Source: an uncultured Clostridia bacterium
Lineage (GTDB): Bacteria > Bacillota > Clostridia > Oscillospirales > UBA644
Direction: 5' to 3'
Assembly (NCBI GenBank): GCA_944382895.1
Contig: CALWNV010000002.1
Coordinates: 1-62,426 of the forward strand
Length of the DNA: 62,426 nt
Numbering within the stretch: position 1 is the first letter of the stretch; each line of letters opens with the position of its first letter. This document shows positions 28,679 through 39,541 of this stretch, piece after piece. The translations under genes were made by a program, and so were the position numbers. The notes below the pieces were generated by a model. That model had not been told where the DNA came from, did not search any database, and saw only the letters and a list, made by a program, of their open reading frames with translations.

Positions 28679-30148
28679 TCACCTCAATTTCATTATTTCA
28701 TTCACTCTCGCAAATTCATTGATAATCTCCCGACCTGGTTTTTTCCTGTCCACGGCAGAAACAATACATAAAACGGCGGCAGAAACCGCAAGGCTCACAC
28801 ATCCCGGGAAAATCCCGAGAGGAGAAAAAGAAATAAACCATAAAATAAACGTACACACCGTACCTGAAATAATAGAAGCAACAGCGGCGCGCAAAGTAAT
28901 CTTCCGCGAATACATACTGAAAAACAACACAGGGGCAAACGCGGCGGCAAAGCCGGAGAACCCATAAAGAAATCTTGCGGAAATATCCGCTGAACTGTCA
29001 AGAGAAACAAGACATACAATAAATGTCATGACAACCGCAGCCGCACGTGCAACGGTGACACGTTCCTCATCGTCGGCGTCTTTACGGAAAAGAGGATATA
29101 CGTCGTTGCCCATAATCCCCGAAAGAAGCATTATCTGACTGTCCGCCGAAGACATAAATGCACAAAGAAGCGCCGAAACGACCAATGCCCTCATAAACGG
29201 ATCAGCTATCGCCTGAGACAGGATAACGGAAATATCTTTTGTTTCAGAAACGGCAAACTGCCTTAAAAACAAACCTGTCACAATGACAAGAACTATACAA
29301 AATGCAGAAGGGATCGCGGAGAGTCTTTTTGCCCGGCGTATTTGTTTTTTATCTTTCATTGCTATAAATCTTGAAAACAACGAAGGAAGACCAAAACACC
29401 CCAGAAAAACAAAAACAGAATTTATTATACAAACCCACAAATCTTCACTATTCTCAAAAAAATTAAGCGTTGACAAAAAGTCATTTTCAAATAAAAAACG
29501 GCTTCCCGCATCAAGGCTGTCAAACATATAAACCGGCAGAAAAAACATCACGATAAAAAAAATAAATCCCTGCAAAATATCTGTAAAAACCTCAGCAGAA
29601 AACCCGCCGAAAAGTATGTATATGCTTACAATCACCGCGCACATAAACAACGCCAGACTATACGACATCCCAGATGCAGCAGACAAAAGCTGCGCCGCTG
29701 CCGTAAACAAAAACGAACAATAAACGCTCGAGAAAATTATGACCACCACAGAAGAGACCACTTTTAACACCGAGCTTCTGTCCTTAAAACGGCTTTCCAA
29801 AAAAGAAGGCAGCGTCAAGGTATTTGAAGATAACTCAGAATAAATCCTCAGCCTTCGACCCATAAACCTCCATACAAAAAACAAACCTACCGTCAAAGCC
29901 GCCCCGTATAAAAAAGCAGAACGCGCTCCACGCGCGCCCCCGTTATAAGACTCCCACATTAGGACAAGGACGGAAAACCCGCAAACAACCGAAGAAAAAG
30001 ATGAAAAAGCGCCCGCAAAAAATGAAACTGACCGGTCTGCGGCGATATATCCGGACAGCGTCTTGCTTTTTTTACGGTAAGAAACCCCTGTCGCTGCAAG
30101 AAGCAGCGACAAAACAGCAAAGAAAATTAATATCAATAATTTTTCCAT
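28679..30148 (-). CDS. sodium:solute symporter (SSF) family permease, substrate unknown
   Basis: 489 aa and polytopic, with an SSS-like N-terminus (LSGYIAADRSVSFFAGAFSSFSS). GGAG RBS. Its start lies inside the folT 3' end (16 nt overlap). Confidence 0.8.
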   Translation of the reverse strand: MEKLLILIFFAVLSLLLAATGVSYRKKSKTLSGYIAADRSVSFFAGAFSSFSSVVCGFSVLVLMWESYNGGARGARSAFLYGAALTVGLFFVWRFMGRRLRIYSELSSNTLTLPSFLESRFKDRSSVLKVVSSVVVIIFSSVYCSFLFTAAAQLLSAASGMSYSLALFMCAVIVSIYILFGGFSAEVFTDILQGFIFFIVMFFLPVYMFDSLDAGSRFLFENDFLSTLNFFENSEDLWVCIINSVFVFLGCFGLPSLFSRFIAMKDKKQIRRAKRLSAIPSAFCIVLVIVTGLFLRQFAVSETKDISVILSQAIADPFMRALVVSALLCAFMSSADSQIMLLSGIMGNDVYPLFRKDADDEERVTVARAAAVVMTFIVCLVSLDSSADISARFLYGFSGFAAAFAPVLFFSMYSRKITLRAAVASIISGTVCTFILWFISFSPLGIFPGCVSLAVSAAVLCIVSAVDRKKPGREIINEFARVNEIMKLR

Positions 30149-30744
30149 CTTTTCTCCGAATCGCTGTCGGGAGCGAACTTTGTTTTTTCAATACGGGGCA
30201 ATACTATACAATATAATATAAAAACAACCGCTGTGTATAACACAATTTTCACAGGTTGCGTAATCAGGCGCGGAACAGCGTAAACCCAAAATGTATCAAA
30301 ATTGCTATTGTAAAATTCTATTACAATACATGTCGTGTTAAGGAAAAACGACACAGCCGATATAAACGTGCAGTATAACGCTATGCCATAAAGTTTTTTC
30401 GAGGCTTTCTTAAACACAAATGGGAAACAGCCCGATAAAAAACCCGTCAAAAACGGCGCCATCATAAATATAGGAAGATATGCTTCGCCCCTCAGGGAAC
30501 ATCCTATGAAATCCTGCACCAGCGCAGTGAGAGCCCCCCATATAGGACCAAACAAAAATCCCGACAAAATAATAAAGGACATACCGATATTTATTTTATC
30601 ATTCGTAACCCCGGACCACGGGATTGTAATACCTAAAAGTTCAGAAACTATACCCAAAGCGGCTAAAAGCGAACAAAAAACCATTGCCCTCAAAAAAAAC
30701 TTTTTGTCTTTTCTTATCCTGAAAAGATCTGAAAAAATGCGCAT
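30133..30744 (-). CDS. folT: ECF transporter S component, folate family (FolT)
   Basis: Multi-TM S-component-like sequence sitting directly behind a THF riboswitch. I chose the start at the ATG at 30744 (GGGGAG RBS 9 nt upstream). The ORF track extends to 30789. Confidence 0.75.
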   Translation of the reverse strand: MRIFSDLFRIRKDKKFFLRAMVFCSLLAALGIVSELLGITIPWSGVTNDKINIGMSFIILSGFLFGPIWGALTALVQDFIGCSLRGEAYLPIFMMAPFLTGFLSGCFPFVFKKASKKLYGIALYCTFISAVSFFLNTTCIVIEFYNSNFDTFWVYAVPRLITQPVKIVLYTAVVFILYCIVLPRIEKTKFAPDSDSEKRWKNY

Positions 30745-30786
30745 AATAAACATCTCCCCTTCGGGAGTTTTGTTCTGTTGGTTCAA

Positions 30787-30822
30787 CAAAACAAAATCTC
30801 CGGAATATTAATTATTCCAGAG
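30787..30822 (-). terminator. expression-platform terminator of the THF riboswitch
   Basis: Minus-strand RNA CUCUGGAAUA-auuaa-UAUUCCGGAG (10 bp, one G-U pair) followed by AUUUUGUUUUGUU. Confidence 0.7.
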
Positions 30823-30849
30823 TGTGTTCCGCACTGATATTAAAAACAT

Positions 30850-30945
30850 AACAGCGGACGCAACATTGAACCGCAAGCCTTTCGGCTTTTCGTCTCCGGG
30901 CAACTTCCCATCCCGTAGCACTTAACGCTCAATGCCTACTCTGTT
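30850..30945 (-). promoter_or_regulatory. THF (tetrahydrofolate) riboswitch aptamer
   Basis: Minus-strand RNA: AACAGAGUAGGCAUUGAGCGUUAAGUGCUACGGGAUGGGAAGUUGCCCGGAGACGAAAAGCCGAAAGGCUUGCGGUUCAAUGUUGCGUCCGCUGUU. The conserved blocks AGUAG, GCGUUAAGUG, GGGAUG, ACGAA, GCGGU and UCCGCU appear in the same order as the E. siraeum folT aptamer. P1 is ACAG/CUGU. Confidence 0.88.
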
Positions 30946-30951
30946 ACGGGT

Positions 30952-30980
30952 ATTATATCATATTTTCAGAAGGTTGTCAA
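30952..30980 (-). promoter_or_regulatory. consensus promoter driving the THF riboswitch and folT operon
   Basis: Minus strand reads TTGACA-17 nt-TATAAT. The -35 hexamer abuts the purD stop codon. Confidence 0.7.
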
Positions 30981-32228
30981 TCATTTTTTCCCTATATCTT
31001 GCCTGAAAAACGCGTTTTTAAAAGAAATTTTCCCGACATCGGAATAAGCTGCTTTTACTGCTTCCGCCAAAGTTTCTCCTACCGCAGTAACACCGAGGAC
31101 ACGACCTCCGGAAGTAAAAAACTTCCCGTCTTTTTCTTTTGTTCCCGCGTGATAAACTGTCCCCAAAACTTTATCAAGGCCGAAAATCTCATATCCGGTC
31201 TCATATTTTTTAGGATAGCCCCCGCTTGCCATAACAACACAAGCCGCAGCCTTTTCTTCCCATTCTATATCGATTTCATCCAACCGTTCGTCTGTCACTG
31301 CCGTCATTATATCAAACAAATCCGTCTTCAGCAATGGAAGTACCACCTGGGTTTCCGGATCTCCGAAGCGCGCGTTATACTCTATCACCATAACCCCTTT
31401 TTCCGTAAGCATAAGTCCGAAATAAAGTACTCCTTTGAATTTTCTGTCCTCAGAGTTCATTGCCCGGACAGTTGGTACGAATATTTTTTTTACACATTCC
31501 TCTGCAATGGTTCCCGTATACAAAGGACTCGGAGCAAACGTTCCCATTCCGCCAGTATTCGGACCTTCATCGTTATCGTAAGCTCTTTTATGATCCTGGG
31601 AAGAAACCATCGGTTTTATTGTTTTCCCGTCCGTAAAAGCGAGAACGGAAACCTCCGGTCCGCAAAGGCAGTCTTCTATAACGATCCTGTTTCCCGATTC
31701 ACCGAAAATCTTATCCTTCATAATCGCGAAAACCGCAGCCTTAGCTTCTTCAGTGGTTTTTGCCACCGTAACACCTTTACCCAGAGCAAGCCCGTCTGCC
31801 TTTATAACAATAGGAGCGCCGTGTTCATCTATGTATTCACAAGCTTTATCAGGATCGTCAAATATTTCAAAAGGAGCGGTCGGTATTCCGTATTTTTTCA
31901 TCAGTTCTTTTGCAAAAACCTTACTGCCCTCTATAACAGCGGCTTTTTTCTCAGGCCCAAAAGCTTTTATTCCTTCTTTTTCAAGCCTGTCCACCATCCC
32001 AAGACACAATGGATCATCCGGTGTTACCACAACAAAATCCATACCATTGTTTTTAGCAAAAGAACAGATCCCTTCCACATCCGTTGCTTTAATATCCACA
32101 CATTCCGCTTTAGCGGCAATTCCTCCGTTACCGGGCGCGGCATAAAGTTTATCTATTTTCTCGCTTTGGGAAAGTTTTTCGATCACGGCGTGTTCCCTTC
32201 CTCCGCCTCCTACAACAAGAACCTTCAT
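30981..32228 (-). CDS. purD: phosphoribosylamine--glycine ligase
   Basis: 415 aa with MKVLVVGGGGREHA... ATP-grasp, typical PurD. Confidence 0.96.
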   Translation of the reverse strand: MKVLVVGGGGREHAVIEKLSQSEKIDKLYAAPGNGGIAAKAECVDIKATDVEGICSFAKNNGMDFVVVTPDDPLCLGMVDRLEKEGIKAFGPEKKAAVIEGSKVFAKELMKKYGIPTAPFEIFDDPDKACEYIDEHGAPIVIKADGLALGKGVTVAKTTEEAKAAVFAIMKDKIFGESGNRIVIEDCLCGPEVSVLAFTDGKTIKPMVSSQDHKRAYDNDEGPNTGGMGTFAPSPLYTGTIAEECVKKIFVPTVRAMNSEDRKFKGVLYFGLMLTEKGVMVIEYNARFGDPETQVVLPLLKTDLFDIMTAVTDERLDEIDIEWEEKAAACVVMASGGYPKKYETGYEIFGLDKVLGTVYHAGTKEKDGKFFTSGGRVLGVTAVGETLAEAVKAAYSDVGKISFKNAFFRQDIGKK

Positions 32229-33634
32229 TTTTTTCTCTCCTCTGTTTTTTTTATGGTTAAAGAATCATCTCCGTATTTTTCCGCGATAAGTTCCGCGGCC
32301 TTATATATATCCCCGCAACCAAGAGTTATAAAAAGATCTCCCGGACGGGCAAGCTCTTTTACCCTGTCTGCAACTTCATTGAAATCATGCATATATTCCG
32401 CATTCGGAAGTCTTTTCACCACATCCTCAGCGTAAATATTATATTCATCATTGGTTTCTCTCGCCGGATAAATAGGAGGAATCAGAACCTTATCCACGGT
32501 TTTGAGAACATCGGTAAATTCCTTCATCATCATTTTGGTACGAGAATACGTATGAGGCTGATGTATAGCAATAATCCTTTTAAAGCCAAGGTCTCTCGCA
32601 GTATTGAATGTCACTTTATACGCATCGGGATGATGCGCGTAATCATCGGCGACAACCGCGCCGTTTACAGCACAGTGGTATTCAAAACGTCTTTTAGCGC
32701 CTTTGTATTCCGAAAGACCTTTTCCGATATCTTCAGCAGAAATTCCCGCTATATACGCAGCGGCGGCGGCGGCAAGAGCGTTTTTAACATTATGCCTTCC
32801 CGGAACAAGAAGCTTAACGTGACAAAAAAGCTTCTCGTTTCTCATAATATCAAACTCAGGAAATCCTCCTGTAAGAACTGCGTTTTCTAAAGTAAAATCT
32901 CCTCTGTTCATTCCGAATGATATCTTTTTCCCAGGATAGCCTGAAATTATTTTTAAGCTGTTTTCATCCTCCGCATTATAAACAACCGTCCCTCCTGTCT
33001 TCGTGTTATGAAGATACTTTTCAAAGCAGTCAAGAAGATTTTCTTCTGTTTTGAAAAATTCCATATGATCTTTTGCAATATTAAGCAAAACAGATATTAC
33101 AGGAAAGAAATTATAAAATGAACACTTGAATTCACAGCTTTCAAAAATACATATATCCCGGCTCCCTTCAATAAAGGACGTCCCGGTCCGGTTCATTTGT
33201 CCGCCTATTACAGCCGACGGATTTTTATTTGCCGACAAAAAAATCGAAGTTATCATTGAAGATGTCGTGGTTTTTCCATGTGTACCGGCAACCCCTATTG
33301 TCATTTTATATCCTTCAAGAATTGTTCCGAGTAATTCCGCCCTGCGGTACACAGGGATTTTATTTTTCTTTGCGTATAAGAGTTCCGGATTTTCCGGAAG
33401 AACAGCATCCGTCATCACAACTATATCCGGATTAAAATTTTTAATATTTTCCTCATGATGTCCGATAAAAACATGTATGCCTTTTTTCTCCAAAAGTTCC
33501 GAAGCATGACTTTTCTGCATATCGGAGCCTCCCACAATAAATCCGTGGTTTTTCATTATCTGAGCAAGGCTGTTCATTGAAGAGCCGCCTATTCCGATAA
33601 AATATATGCTTTTTACTTTTTGTAAATCCAGCAT
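32225..33634 (-). CDS. murC: UDP-N-acetylmuramate--L-alanine ligase
   Basis: IYFIGIGGSSMNSLAQIM and GVAGTHGKTTTSSM. I set the start at the ATG at 33634 (AAAGGA RBS). The ORF track extends to 33655. A 4 nt overlap with the purD start follows. Confidence 0.93.
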   Translation of the reverse strand: MLDLQKVKSIYFIGIGGSSMNSLAQIMKNHGFIVGGSDMQKSHASELLEKKGIHVFIGHHEENIKNFNPDIVVMTDAVLPENPELLYAKKNKIPVYRRAELLGTILEGYKMTIGVAGTHGKTTTSSMITSIFLSANKNPSAVIGGQMNRTGTSFIEGSRDICIFESCEFKCSFYNFFPVISVLLNIAKDHMEFFKTEENLLDCFEKYLHNTKTGGTVVYNAEDENSLKIISGYPGKKISFGMNRGDFTLENAVLTGGFPEFDIMRNEKLFCHVKLLVPGRHNVKNALAAAAAAYIAGISAEDIGKGLSEYKGAKRRFEYHCAVNGAVVADDYAHHPDAYKVTFNTARDLGFKRIIAIHQPHTYSRTKMMMKEFTDVLKTVDKVLIPPIYPARETNDEYNIYAEDVVKRLPNAEYMHDFNEVADRVKELARPGDLFITLGCGDIYKAAELIAEKYGDDSLTIKKTEERKK

Positions 33635-33709
33635 GTCAGAAAATCCTTTCCACACAAGTCTTTTATCACGTAAGCCTGATTTGATTTTTTATCAAGTATC
33701 TTTTTATAT

Positions 33710-35575
33710 TTATTTTATCCCCATATAAATCAATAAAACAGAAATATCGGCAGGACTTACACCGGAAATCCGGCTCGCCTGACCGAAATTTTCCGGTTTT
33801 TGCGCATTTAGTTTCTGTATCGCCTCGATACGCAACCCTTTTATGAGAGAATAATCCATATCTTTAGGAAGTTTTTTGCTTTCAAGTTTTTTGAATTGTT
33901 CAATTTCAGCAAGCTGCCTTTTTATATATCCTTCATACTTTATTGAAATTTCTGCTTCCTCAGTTATAGCAAAATCAAGGCGCGGGCGATCTTTATCCAC
34001 CAAAGCCAAATCAAAATAACTTATTTCCGGCCGTCTTATCAATTCCGCAAGAGAAACGCCTGTTTTAACGGGAGCGGAATTTTTTTCGCGAAGAATAGAT
34101 TCCAGATCTATACAAGGAGGGACAAAGGTTTTTTCAAGCCTGTTTTTTTCAGCCTCTACAGCTTTTTGTTTTTCCAAAAAACTTTTATATCTGCTTTCTG
34201 ATATCAGACCTATCTCATACCCAAGAGGAGTAAGCCTTGCATCGGCATTATCCTGCCTTAAAACAAGCCTGTATTCCGAACGAGAAGTCATTATACGATA
34301 TGGTTCATTCGTACCCTTTGTTACAAGGTCATCTATCAATGTTCCTATATATGAAGAAGATCGGTCTAAGATAAACGGTTTTTGTCCTTTGACAGAAAAA
34401 GCAGCATTTATACCCGCGATAAGCCCTTGAGCCGCGGCTTCTTCATATCCGGAAGTCCCGTTAAACTGTCCTGCGCCGTAAAGCCCGGAGATCTTTTTGA
34501 ATTCAAGAGTAGGTTTCAACTGAAGAGGATCGCAGCAATCATATTCGATGGCATAAGCTGTACGCATAATCTCGGCATTTTCAAAACCGGAAAGCGAATG
34601 GACCATTTCTATCTGAACATCTTCAGGAAGCGAGGAAGAAAACCCTTGTAAATACATTTCTTCCGTATCCTCTCCCATAGGTTCCAAAAAGAGCTGATGC
34701 CTCGGCTTATCCGCAAATCTGACAACTTTATCCTCTATACTGGGACAATATCTCGGACCTATTCCATGAATGTTCCCCGAATATAGCGGAGACCTGTGCA
34801 AATTCTCCTTTATGATATTATGCGTTTTTTCGTTTGTATATACGATATAACAATCTTTTTTATTTTCGCCTATATAATTATTCTCAAAACTCATAGGAAC
34901 TATCTTTTCATCGCCGTGTTGAACCTCAAGTTTAGAGATATCCACAGAACGCCTATGTATACGCGCAGGCGTCCCGGTTTTGAAGCGCATCAGCTTTATC
35001 CCGCAGGATTCAAGGCACGCTGAGAGCCCCTGTGAAGAATGCATTCCGTCAGGGCCTCCGCTATAAGAAACATCTCCGACAAAAATCGTACTCTCAAGAT
35101 ATGTCCCGGTTGCGATTATAACCGCTTTTGCATCAAAAACAGCTCCTAAATTGGTTACCACCCCGCAGATTTTTTCCTTTTCAACTATAACCTGAACAAT
35201 CTCCGCTTGTTTTATACTTAAGTTTTCTGTATTTTCAAGAGTTTTTTTCATCAAAGCCTGATATCTACGCCTGTCTGCCTGGATACGCAGTGAATGAACA
35301 GCGGGGCCTTTCCCTCTGTTAAGCATACGACTTTGCAGGAAAACTCTATCAGCGGCTTTTGCCATCTCTCCTCCGAGAGCATCTATTTCACGTACAAGAT
35401 GTCCTTTGGCCGTACCGCCTATAGACGGGTTGCACGGCATATTTGCGATACTGTCCAAATTCATTGTAAAAAGAATGGTTTTTACCCCAAGCCGCGCACA
35501 AGCCAGCGCGGCTTCCGTTCCGGCGTGTCCCGCACCTATAACAGCGACATCGGTTTTCCCCGCATTATATCTCAT
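33710..35575 (-). CDS. mnmG: tRNA uridine-5-carboxymethylaminomethyl synthesis enzyme MnmG (GidA)
   Basis: 621 aa with a [15 protein letters not shown] motif, GidA over its full length. Confidence 0.97.
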   Translation of the reverse strand: MRYNAGKTDVAVIGAGHAGTEAALACARLGVKTILFTMNLDSIANMPCNPSIGGTAKGHLVREIDALGGEMAKAADRVFLQSRMLNRGKGPAVHSLRIQADRRRYQALMKKTLENTENLSIKQAEIVQVIVEKEKICGVVTNLGAVFDAKAVIIATGTYLESTIFVGDVSYSGGPDGMHSSQGLSACLESCGIKLMRFKTGTPARIHRRSVDISKLEVQHGDEKIVPMSFENNYIGENKKDCYIVYTNEKTHNIIKENLHRSPLYSGNIHGIGPRYCPSIEDKVVRFADKPRHQLFLEPMGEDTEEMYLQGFSSSLPEDVQIEMVHSLSGFENAEIMRTAYAIEYDCCDPLQLKPTLEFKKISGLYGAGQFNGTSGYEEAAAQGLIAGINAAFSVKGQKPFILDRSSSYIGTLIDDLVTKGTNEPYRIMTSRSEYRLVLRQDNADARLTPLGYEIGLISESRYKSFLEKQKAVEAEKNRLEKTFVPPCIDLESILREKNSAPVKTGVSLAELIRRPEISYFDLALVDKDRPRLDFAITEEAEISIKYEGYIKRQLAEIEQFKKLESKKLPKDMDYSLIKGLRIEAIQKLNAQKPENFGQASRISGVSPADISVLLIYMGIK

Positions 35576-36915
35576 TTACCGACACAAAATCTCGAAAAAA
35601 TATTTTCGACAATCTCCTCTCCTACTGTTTTACCTGTAACTTCGCCCAACGCTTTCACAGCTTCTTCCAAGTCGGTAATTATTACATCCGGTGTCAGGCG
35701 AATGTTATCCAGAGCATTTTTCAGACATGCGCAGGCTCTGCATACACACGAATACTGCCGTGTATTCATTAATATCTCATTGTTTTTAATATAAATTCCC
35801 GAAAAACTCTCTTTTACGGTTTGTTCAAGCAAATCAAAACCATATCCGGTTTTCGCACTGATTTTTATCACTGAATCAAATCCGGGGACATCAAAATTTA
35901 TATCAAAAATATCACATTTATTTATAAGTGCGATCTTTTTACCTTTCACTTTCTCAAGTTTTTTTATAATAAACATATCTTCTTCTTCAATCCCAGTATT
36001 AGCATCCAATACAAAAAAAATCAAATCTGCCTCTCGCATCTTTTTTTCTGCCATGATTATCCCTTTTTTTTCCGCGTCGTCTGTTCCTTCATGTATTCCC
36101 GCAGTATCGGAAATAAGAAATTTCATCCCTCCAAAAAGGATTTTTTCCTCAACCACATCTCTCGTTGTACCGGCAATATCAGTCACTATACACCTCTCAA
36201 AACCTGCAAGCCTGTTCATAACGGAAGATTTGCCCACATTAGGTTTACCGCATATAACGACAGAAACTCCGTTTTTTATTATTCTTCCCGCGGTATATGA
36301 TTGTTTGAGCTTTTCTGTATTTTCAAAAGCTTTCGAAACAAGTTTCTCAAGTTCCTCCGCCCCGGTATCGACAATTTCATCATCAGGATAATCTATATAC
36401 GCAAGAATTTGAGCGCATATATCTATGAGAAACGTCCTTATTTTTTCAACACCGCATGAAAGATCCCCGTTCAGATTTTTAAGCGCAATCCCACTTTCTT
36501 CTGCGGTTTCTGCTTCTATAAGATCGATAACTGCTTCCGCTTGAGCAAGATCAAGTTTACCGTTTATAAAAGCCCGTTTCGTAAACTCACCGGCCTCCGC
36601 ATGTCGTGCGCCGTTCTCCACCGCAAGCTCCGTGACTTTTTTTAATACATACGGACTGCCGTGGCAGGAGATTTCAACAACATTTTCACCGGTATATGAA
36701 TGAGGCGCGCGAAAAACAGTGATAAGAACCTCATCTACAGCATTCCCTTTTTTATCAAGGATTTTACCGTATTTTACAGTATGGCTTTTCATGTCATATA
36801 GTTTCCCGGAAAACATTTTTTCAACAATTTCAAAAGCATCGTTTCCCGATAGCCTCAGGACTCCGGTAGCCGAAATCACGGGAGCAGTTGACAACGCAAT
36901 AATGGTATCCATCAA
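35572..36915 (-). CDS. mnmE: tRNA modification GTPase MnmE (TrmE)
   Basis: 447 aa with the G domain GKPNVGKSS and a C-terminal FCVGK. Confidence 0.96.
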   Translation of the reverse strand: MMDTIIALSTAPVISATGVLRLSGNDAFEIVEKMFSGKLYDMKSHTVKYGKILDKKGNAVDEVLITVFRAPHSYTGENVVEISCHGSPYVLKKVTELAVENGARHAEAGEFTKRAFINGKLDLAQAEAVIDLIEAETAEESGIALKNLNGDLSCGVEKIRTFLIDICAQILAYIDYPDDEIVDTGAEELEKLVSKAFENTEKLKQSYTAGRIIKNGVSVVICGKPNVGKSSVMNRLAGFERCIVTDIAGTTRDVVEEKILFGGMKFLISDTAGIHEGTDDAEKKGIIMAEKKMREADLIFFVLDANTGIEEEDMFIIKKLEKVKGKKIALINKCDIFDINFDVPGFDSVIKISAKTGYGFDLLEQTVKESFSGIYIKNNEILMNTRQYSCVCRACACLKNALDNIRLTPDVIITDLEEAVKALGEVTGKTVGEEIVENIFSRFCVGK

Positions 36916-36962
36916 TCTATAGCCCTTTCAACGGAATAACATTTTTTCACTCTTGCAAAATT

Positions 36963-36993
36963 AAAAAAGGATCGCGTAACAGCGACCCTTTTT
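36963..36993 (-). terminator. terminator between jag and mnmE
   Basis: Minus-strand AAAAAGGGTCGC-tgttac-GCGATCCTTTTTT. Confidence 0.6.
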
Positions 36994-37025
36994 AACGAAT
37001 CTTTCTGACCTCTGAAAAGGGAGGC

Positions 37026-37850
37026 TCAGTCTGCTTTTTCTTCCTTTTCTGTTTCCGGTTTCTGATATTGGATCACCACTCGTCTGCCAGGTTCCTCACC
37101 AACAGAATATGTTGTTACACCTTCAAACGACTGCAGTTTCGAATGAATAATCCTGCGCTGAAATGCGGACATAGGTCTTAATGTAACTTTTCTTTTGGTC
37201 TTGAGTACCTGCTTTGCCGTTTTTACCGCAAGCCTCTCCAGTTTTTCCGCTGAATTTTTACGGAAATCGTTAACATCAAGAGTTGATCTGAAATACTGTT
37301 CTTTTTTCCTGTTCATATAAAGTGAAGTCATAAGTTGTATCGCTTCAAGGGCTTCACCATGTTTTCTCGTAAGAAGAGAAAGCTCCTGACCAAACGCAGT
37401 TATCTTTATATATTTTCCCTCTTCAATCGTAACATCGATATCGTCCGCGCTTATTTTCATAAGATCAAATAAGCCTTTAAGAAAATCGGCAACCTCCGCC
37501 TCTTCTCCATCAAGAATCTTTTTTTCCCTTTTTGTCGCCGGAGCGACAACCTTGAAACCTTCATCATTGTGTACCGGTGCAACAAATTTTTTTACGTCTT
37601 TGTTTTCTTTTTCTTTTTTAGGTGTTTTTTCAATATGGGAAAGAGAGCGCTTTTCTCTGACATGCCTGACATCATGGATCTCCTCAGGAATATTTACCTT
37701 TATCTGTGCGGGTTTTGCTCCTATCCCCAAAAAACCTTTGTTCGGATATTCTACTATCTCATACGCAAAGTCCCCGCTTGATTTACCGAGATCGGCGCAG
37801 GCGGCTTCAAGAGCCTCGTCAATCGTTTTGCCTGTAAACAACTTTTCCAT
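37026..37850 (-). CDS. jag: RNA-binding protein Jag/KhpB (Jag_N, KH, R3H)
   Basis: 274 aa with a C-terminal R3H (MSAFQRRIIHSKL). It holds the conserved position downstream of yidC. Confidence 0.88.
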   Translation of the reverse strand: MEKLFTGKTIDEALEAACADLGKSSGDFAYEIVEYPNKGFLGIGAKPAQIKVNIPEEIHDVRHVREKRSLSHIEKTPKKEKENKDVKKFVAPVHNDEGFKVVAPATKREKKILDGEEAEVADFLKGLFDLMKISADDIDVTIEEGKYIKITAFGQELSLLTRKHGEALEAIQLMTSLYMNRKKEQYFRSTLDVNDFRKNSAEKLERLAVKTAKQVLKTKRKVTLRPMSAFQRRIIHSKLQSFEGVTTYSVGEEPGRRVVIQYQKPETEKEEKAD

Positions 37851-38890
37851 TATTTTTCATCCTCGCTGTTAATTTTATCATCGTCTTTTGGTATCTCCAA
37901 AACATATCCTTCTTTCTCTCTTTTCTTCTTCTCTCGCTCCATTTTTTCTATCTGATTATAATTAAGCTTTTTCTCTTTAACAACAATAGGTTCTTTGGCT
38001 TTTTTTCTGTTTTCTATCATCTTCATATACTTCGGAAGTAAAATAGCTTGGATCATACTGAGTATATTAGAAACTATCCAGTAAAACGCAACAGCAATCG
38101 TAAAGGTAAATGCTATCCATACTGAAATAATCGGCATTATATAAATCATAGCGCCCATACTTTTTTTCATAGCTTTTGCAGTATCCGGATCTTCTTTGGA
38201 TGAATTTATTTTCATTGAAATAAATCCTACCAAAAACGATGTAATACCGGATATTATAGGAATCACGACAGTCCAGTTATTCCACTGGGGGTTTGTCCCG
38301 ACTATATCGCCGAGAAATCCGAACAGATTAAGGTTTATATTTGTATACGAGCTTACATCCACTGTTCCGCTTATGACATCTTTACTGTTATTAAGAAGAT
38401 CAACAAGCGTTATCTGATTTGTTGAAAGCCATTGCGAAATATTTTCTGTTGTCACGCTTTCGGGAAGCTTCCCGGCCGCAAGAAACGCGTTGGCTATATC
38501 TAAGATTTTTCCGTTTGTAAAACCGGCGATATATGTTAAAGGTGTTCTTATAGCATTCCATAAACCAAGAATAATTGGAAGTTGTATAAGCTGAGGCAAA
38601 CACCCGGACATGGGGTTATATCCCTCTTTTTCATAAAGCTTTTGCATTTCTTCGGAATATCTTGGATCTCTTGTATTTCCCTTATACTTTTCCTGCAACG
38701 CTTTCATTTTAGGTTGGAAAGCCTGCATTTTCAGACGCCCTTTTTCATTTTTTATACTTAACGGAAGTAAAGCAAGTTTTGCTATCAAAGCAAAAAGAAA
38801 AATCGCTGCGCCGTAATCCTGAAAAACCATGTAACAAAGCTTGAACAACATGCCCAAAGGATAATATATTATAAGCATTAAATTTCCCAT
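37850..38890 (-). CDS. yidC: membrane protein insertase YidC/Oxa1 family
   Basis: 346 aa with PLSIKNEKGRLKMQAFQPKMKALQEKY...GCLPQLIQLPI and a Lys/Glu-rich tail. Confidence 0.9.
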   Translation of the reverse strand: MGNLMLIIYYPLGMLFKLCYMVFQDYGAAIFLFALIAKLALLPLSIKNEKGRLKMQAFQPKMKALQEKYKGNTRDPRYSEEMQKLYEKEGYNPMSGCLPQLIQLPIILGLWNAIRTPLTYIAGFTNGKILDIANAFLAAGKLPESVTTENISQWLSTNQITLVDLLNNSKDVISGTVDVSSYTNINLNLFGFLGDIVGTNPQWNNWTVVIPIISGITSFLVGFISMKINSSKEDPDTAKAMKKSMGAMIYIMPIISVWIAFTFTIAVAFYWIVSNILSMIQAILLPKYMKMIENRKKAKEPIVVKEKKLNYNQIEKMEREKKKREKEGYVLEIPKDDDKINSEDEK

Positions 38891-39127
38891 TTATTTTCTC
38901 CTCTTTTTTTTATTCGGCGGTAAGGGGTCGTATCCGCCCTTGCAAAAGGGATTACATCTTAAAATTCGCCGTACTGTCAAATATAACGCCTTGAAAAATC
39001 CGTATTTTTCAAATGCTTCAAGCGCATATGCCGAACATGTGGGATAAAACCGGCAACAGGCTTTTTTCATGTATGAAATATGTTCACGATAAAATTTAAT
39101 AAGAAAAATAGCAGCTCGCCTCATCAT
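38891..39127 (-). CDS. yidD: membrane protein insertion efficiency factor YidD
   Basis: 78 aa. [14 protein letters not shown]...RCNPF..GGYDP is diagnostic. Confidence 0.9.
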   Translation of the reverse strand: MMRRAAIFLIKFYREHISYMKKACCRFYPTCSAYALEAFEKYGFFKALYLTVRRILRCNPFCKGGYDPLPPNKKKRRK

Positions 39128-39459
39128 TTTTCAATCCCGTTTTTTCTGAATGCAATCTCCATTTGTTTTTTTACAGCATCCATCGGAACAAAAGCAGTTT
39201 CACTCCTCGCGACAAAAACAAAATTGTATCCCTGTTTAATCTTGTCTTCCGAAAGCCTATATGCCTCTCTTATAACACGTTTTGCCCGGTTTCGTTTTAC
39301 CGCGTTGCCGGTCTTTTTACTTACCGTTATTCCGAGAGTATTGAAATCTCTGTTGTTCCGTCTGAAATATAAAATAAAAAGGGGATATATATCTTTTTTC
39401 CCTTTCAAATAAAGCTGCCGGAAAATCCTGTTTTCCGTCAATGATAACGTTTTTTTCAT
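39124..39459 (-). CDS. rnpA: ribonuclease P protein component
   Basis: 111 aa with [23 protein letters not shown] (the RNR motif). Confidence 0.92.
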   Translation of the reverse strand: MKKTLSLTENRIFRQLYLKGKKDIYPLFILYFRRNNRDFNTLGITVSKKTGNAVKRNRAKRVIREAYRLSEDKIKQGYNFVFVARSETAFVPMDAVKKQMEIAFRKNGIEK

Positions 39460-39471
39460 TTTTCAAATTTG

Positions 39472-39530
39472 AAAATAAACGAACCGATGGTCTATATGCC
39501 TGTCGGCTTCAAGAAAACTTCCACCGGTTC
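39472..39530 (-). terminator. hairpin between rpmH and rnpA (partial terminator or attenuator)
   Basis: Minus-strand GAACCGGUGG-30 nt-CCAUCGGUUC (10 bp, one G-U pair) followed by GUUUAUUUU. Confidence 0.45.
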
Positions 39531-39541
39531 ATATTTTTCGA

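Noticed and set aside
30999-32435. 478 aa ORF on the plus strand, the longest unexplained ORF in the track.
   Set aside because: It lies antisense to purD and murC, both of which are unmistakable. Its translation is low-complexity (F/S/R/K-rich) and it has no RBS. It is a shadow ORF.
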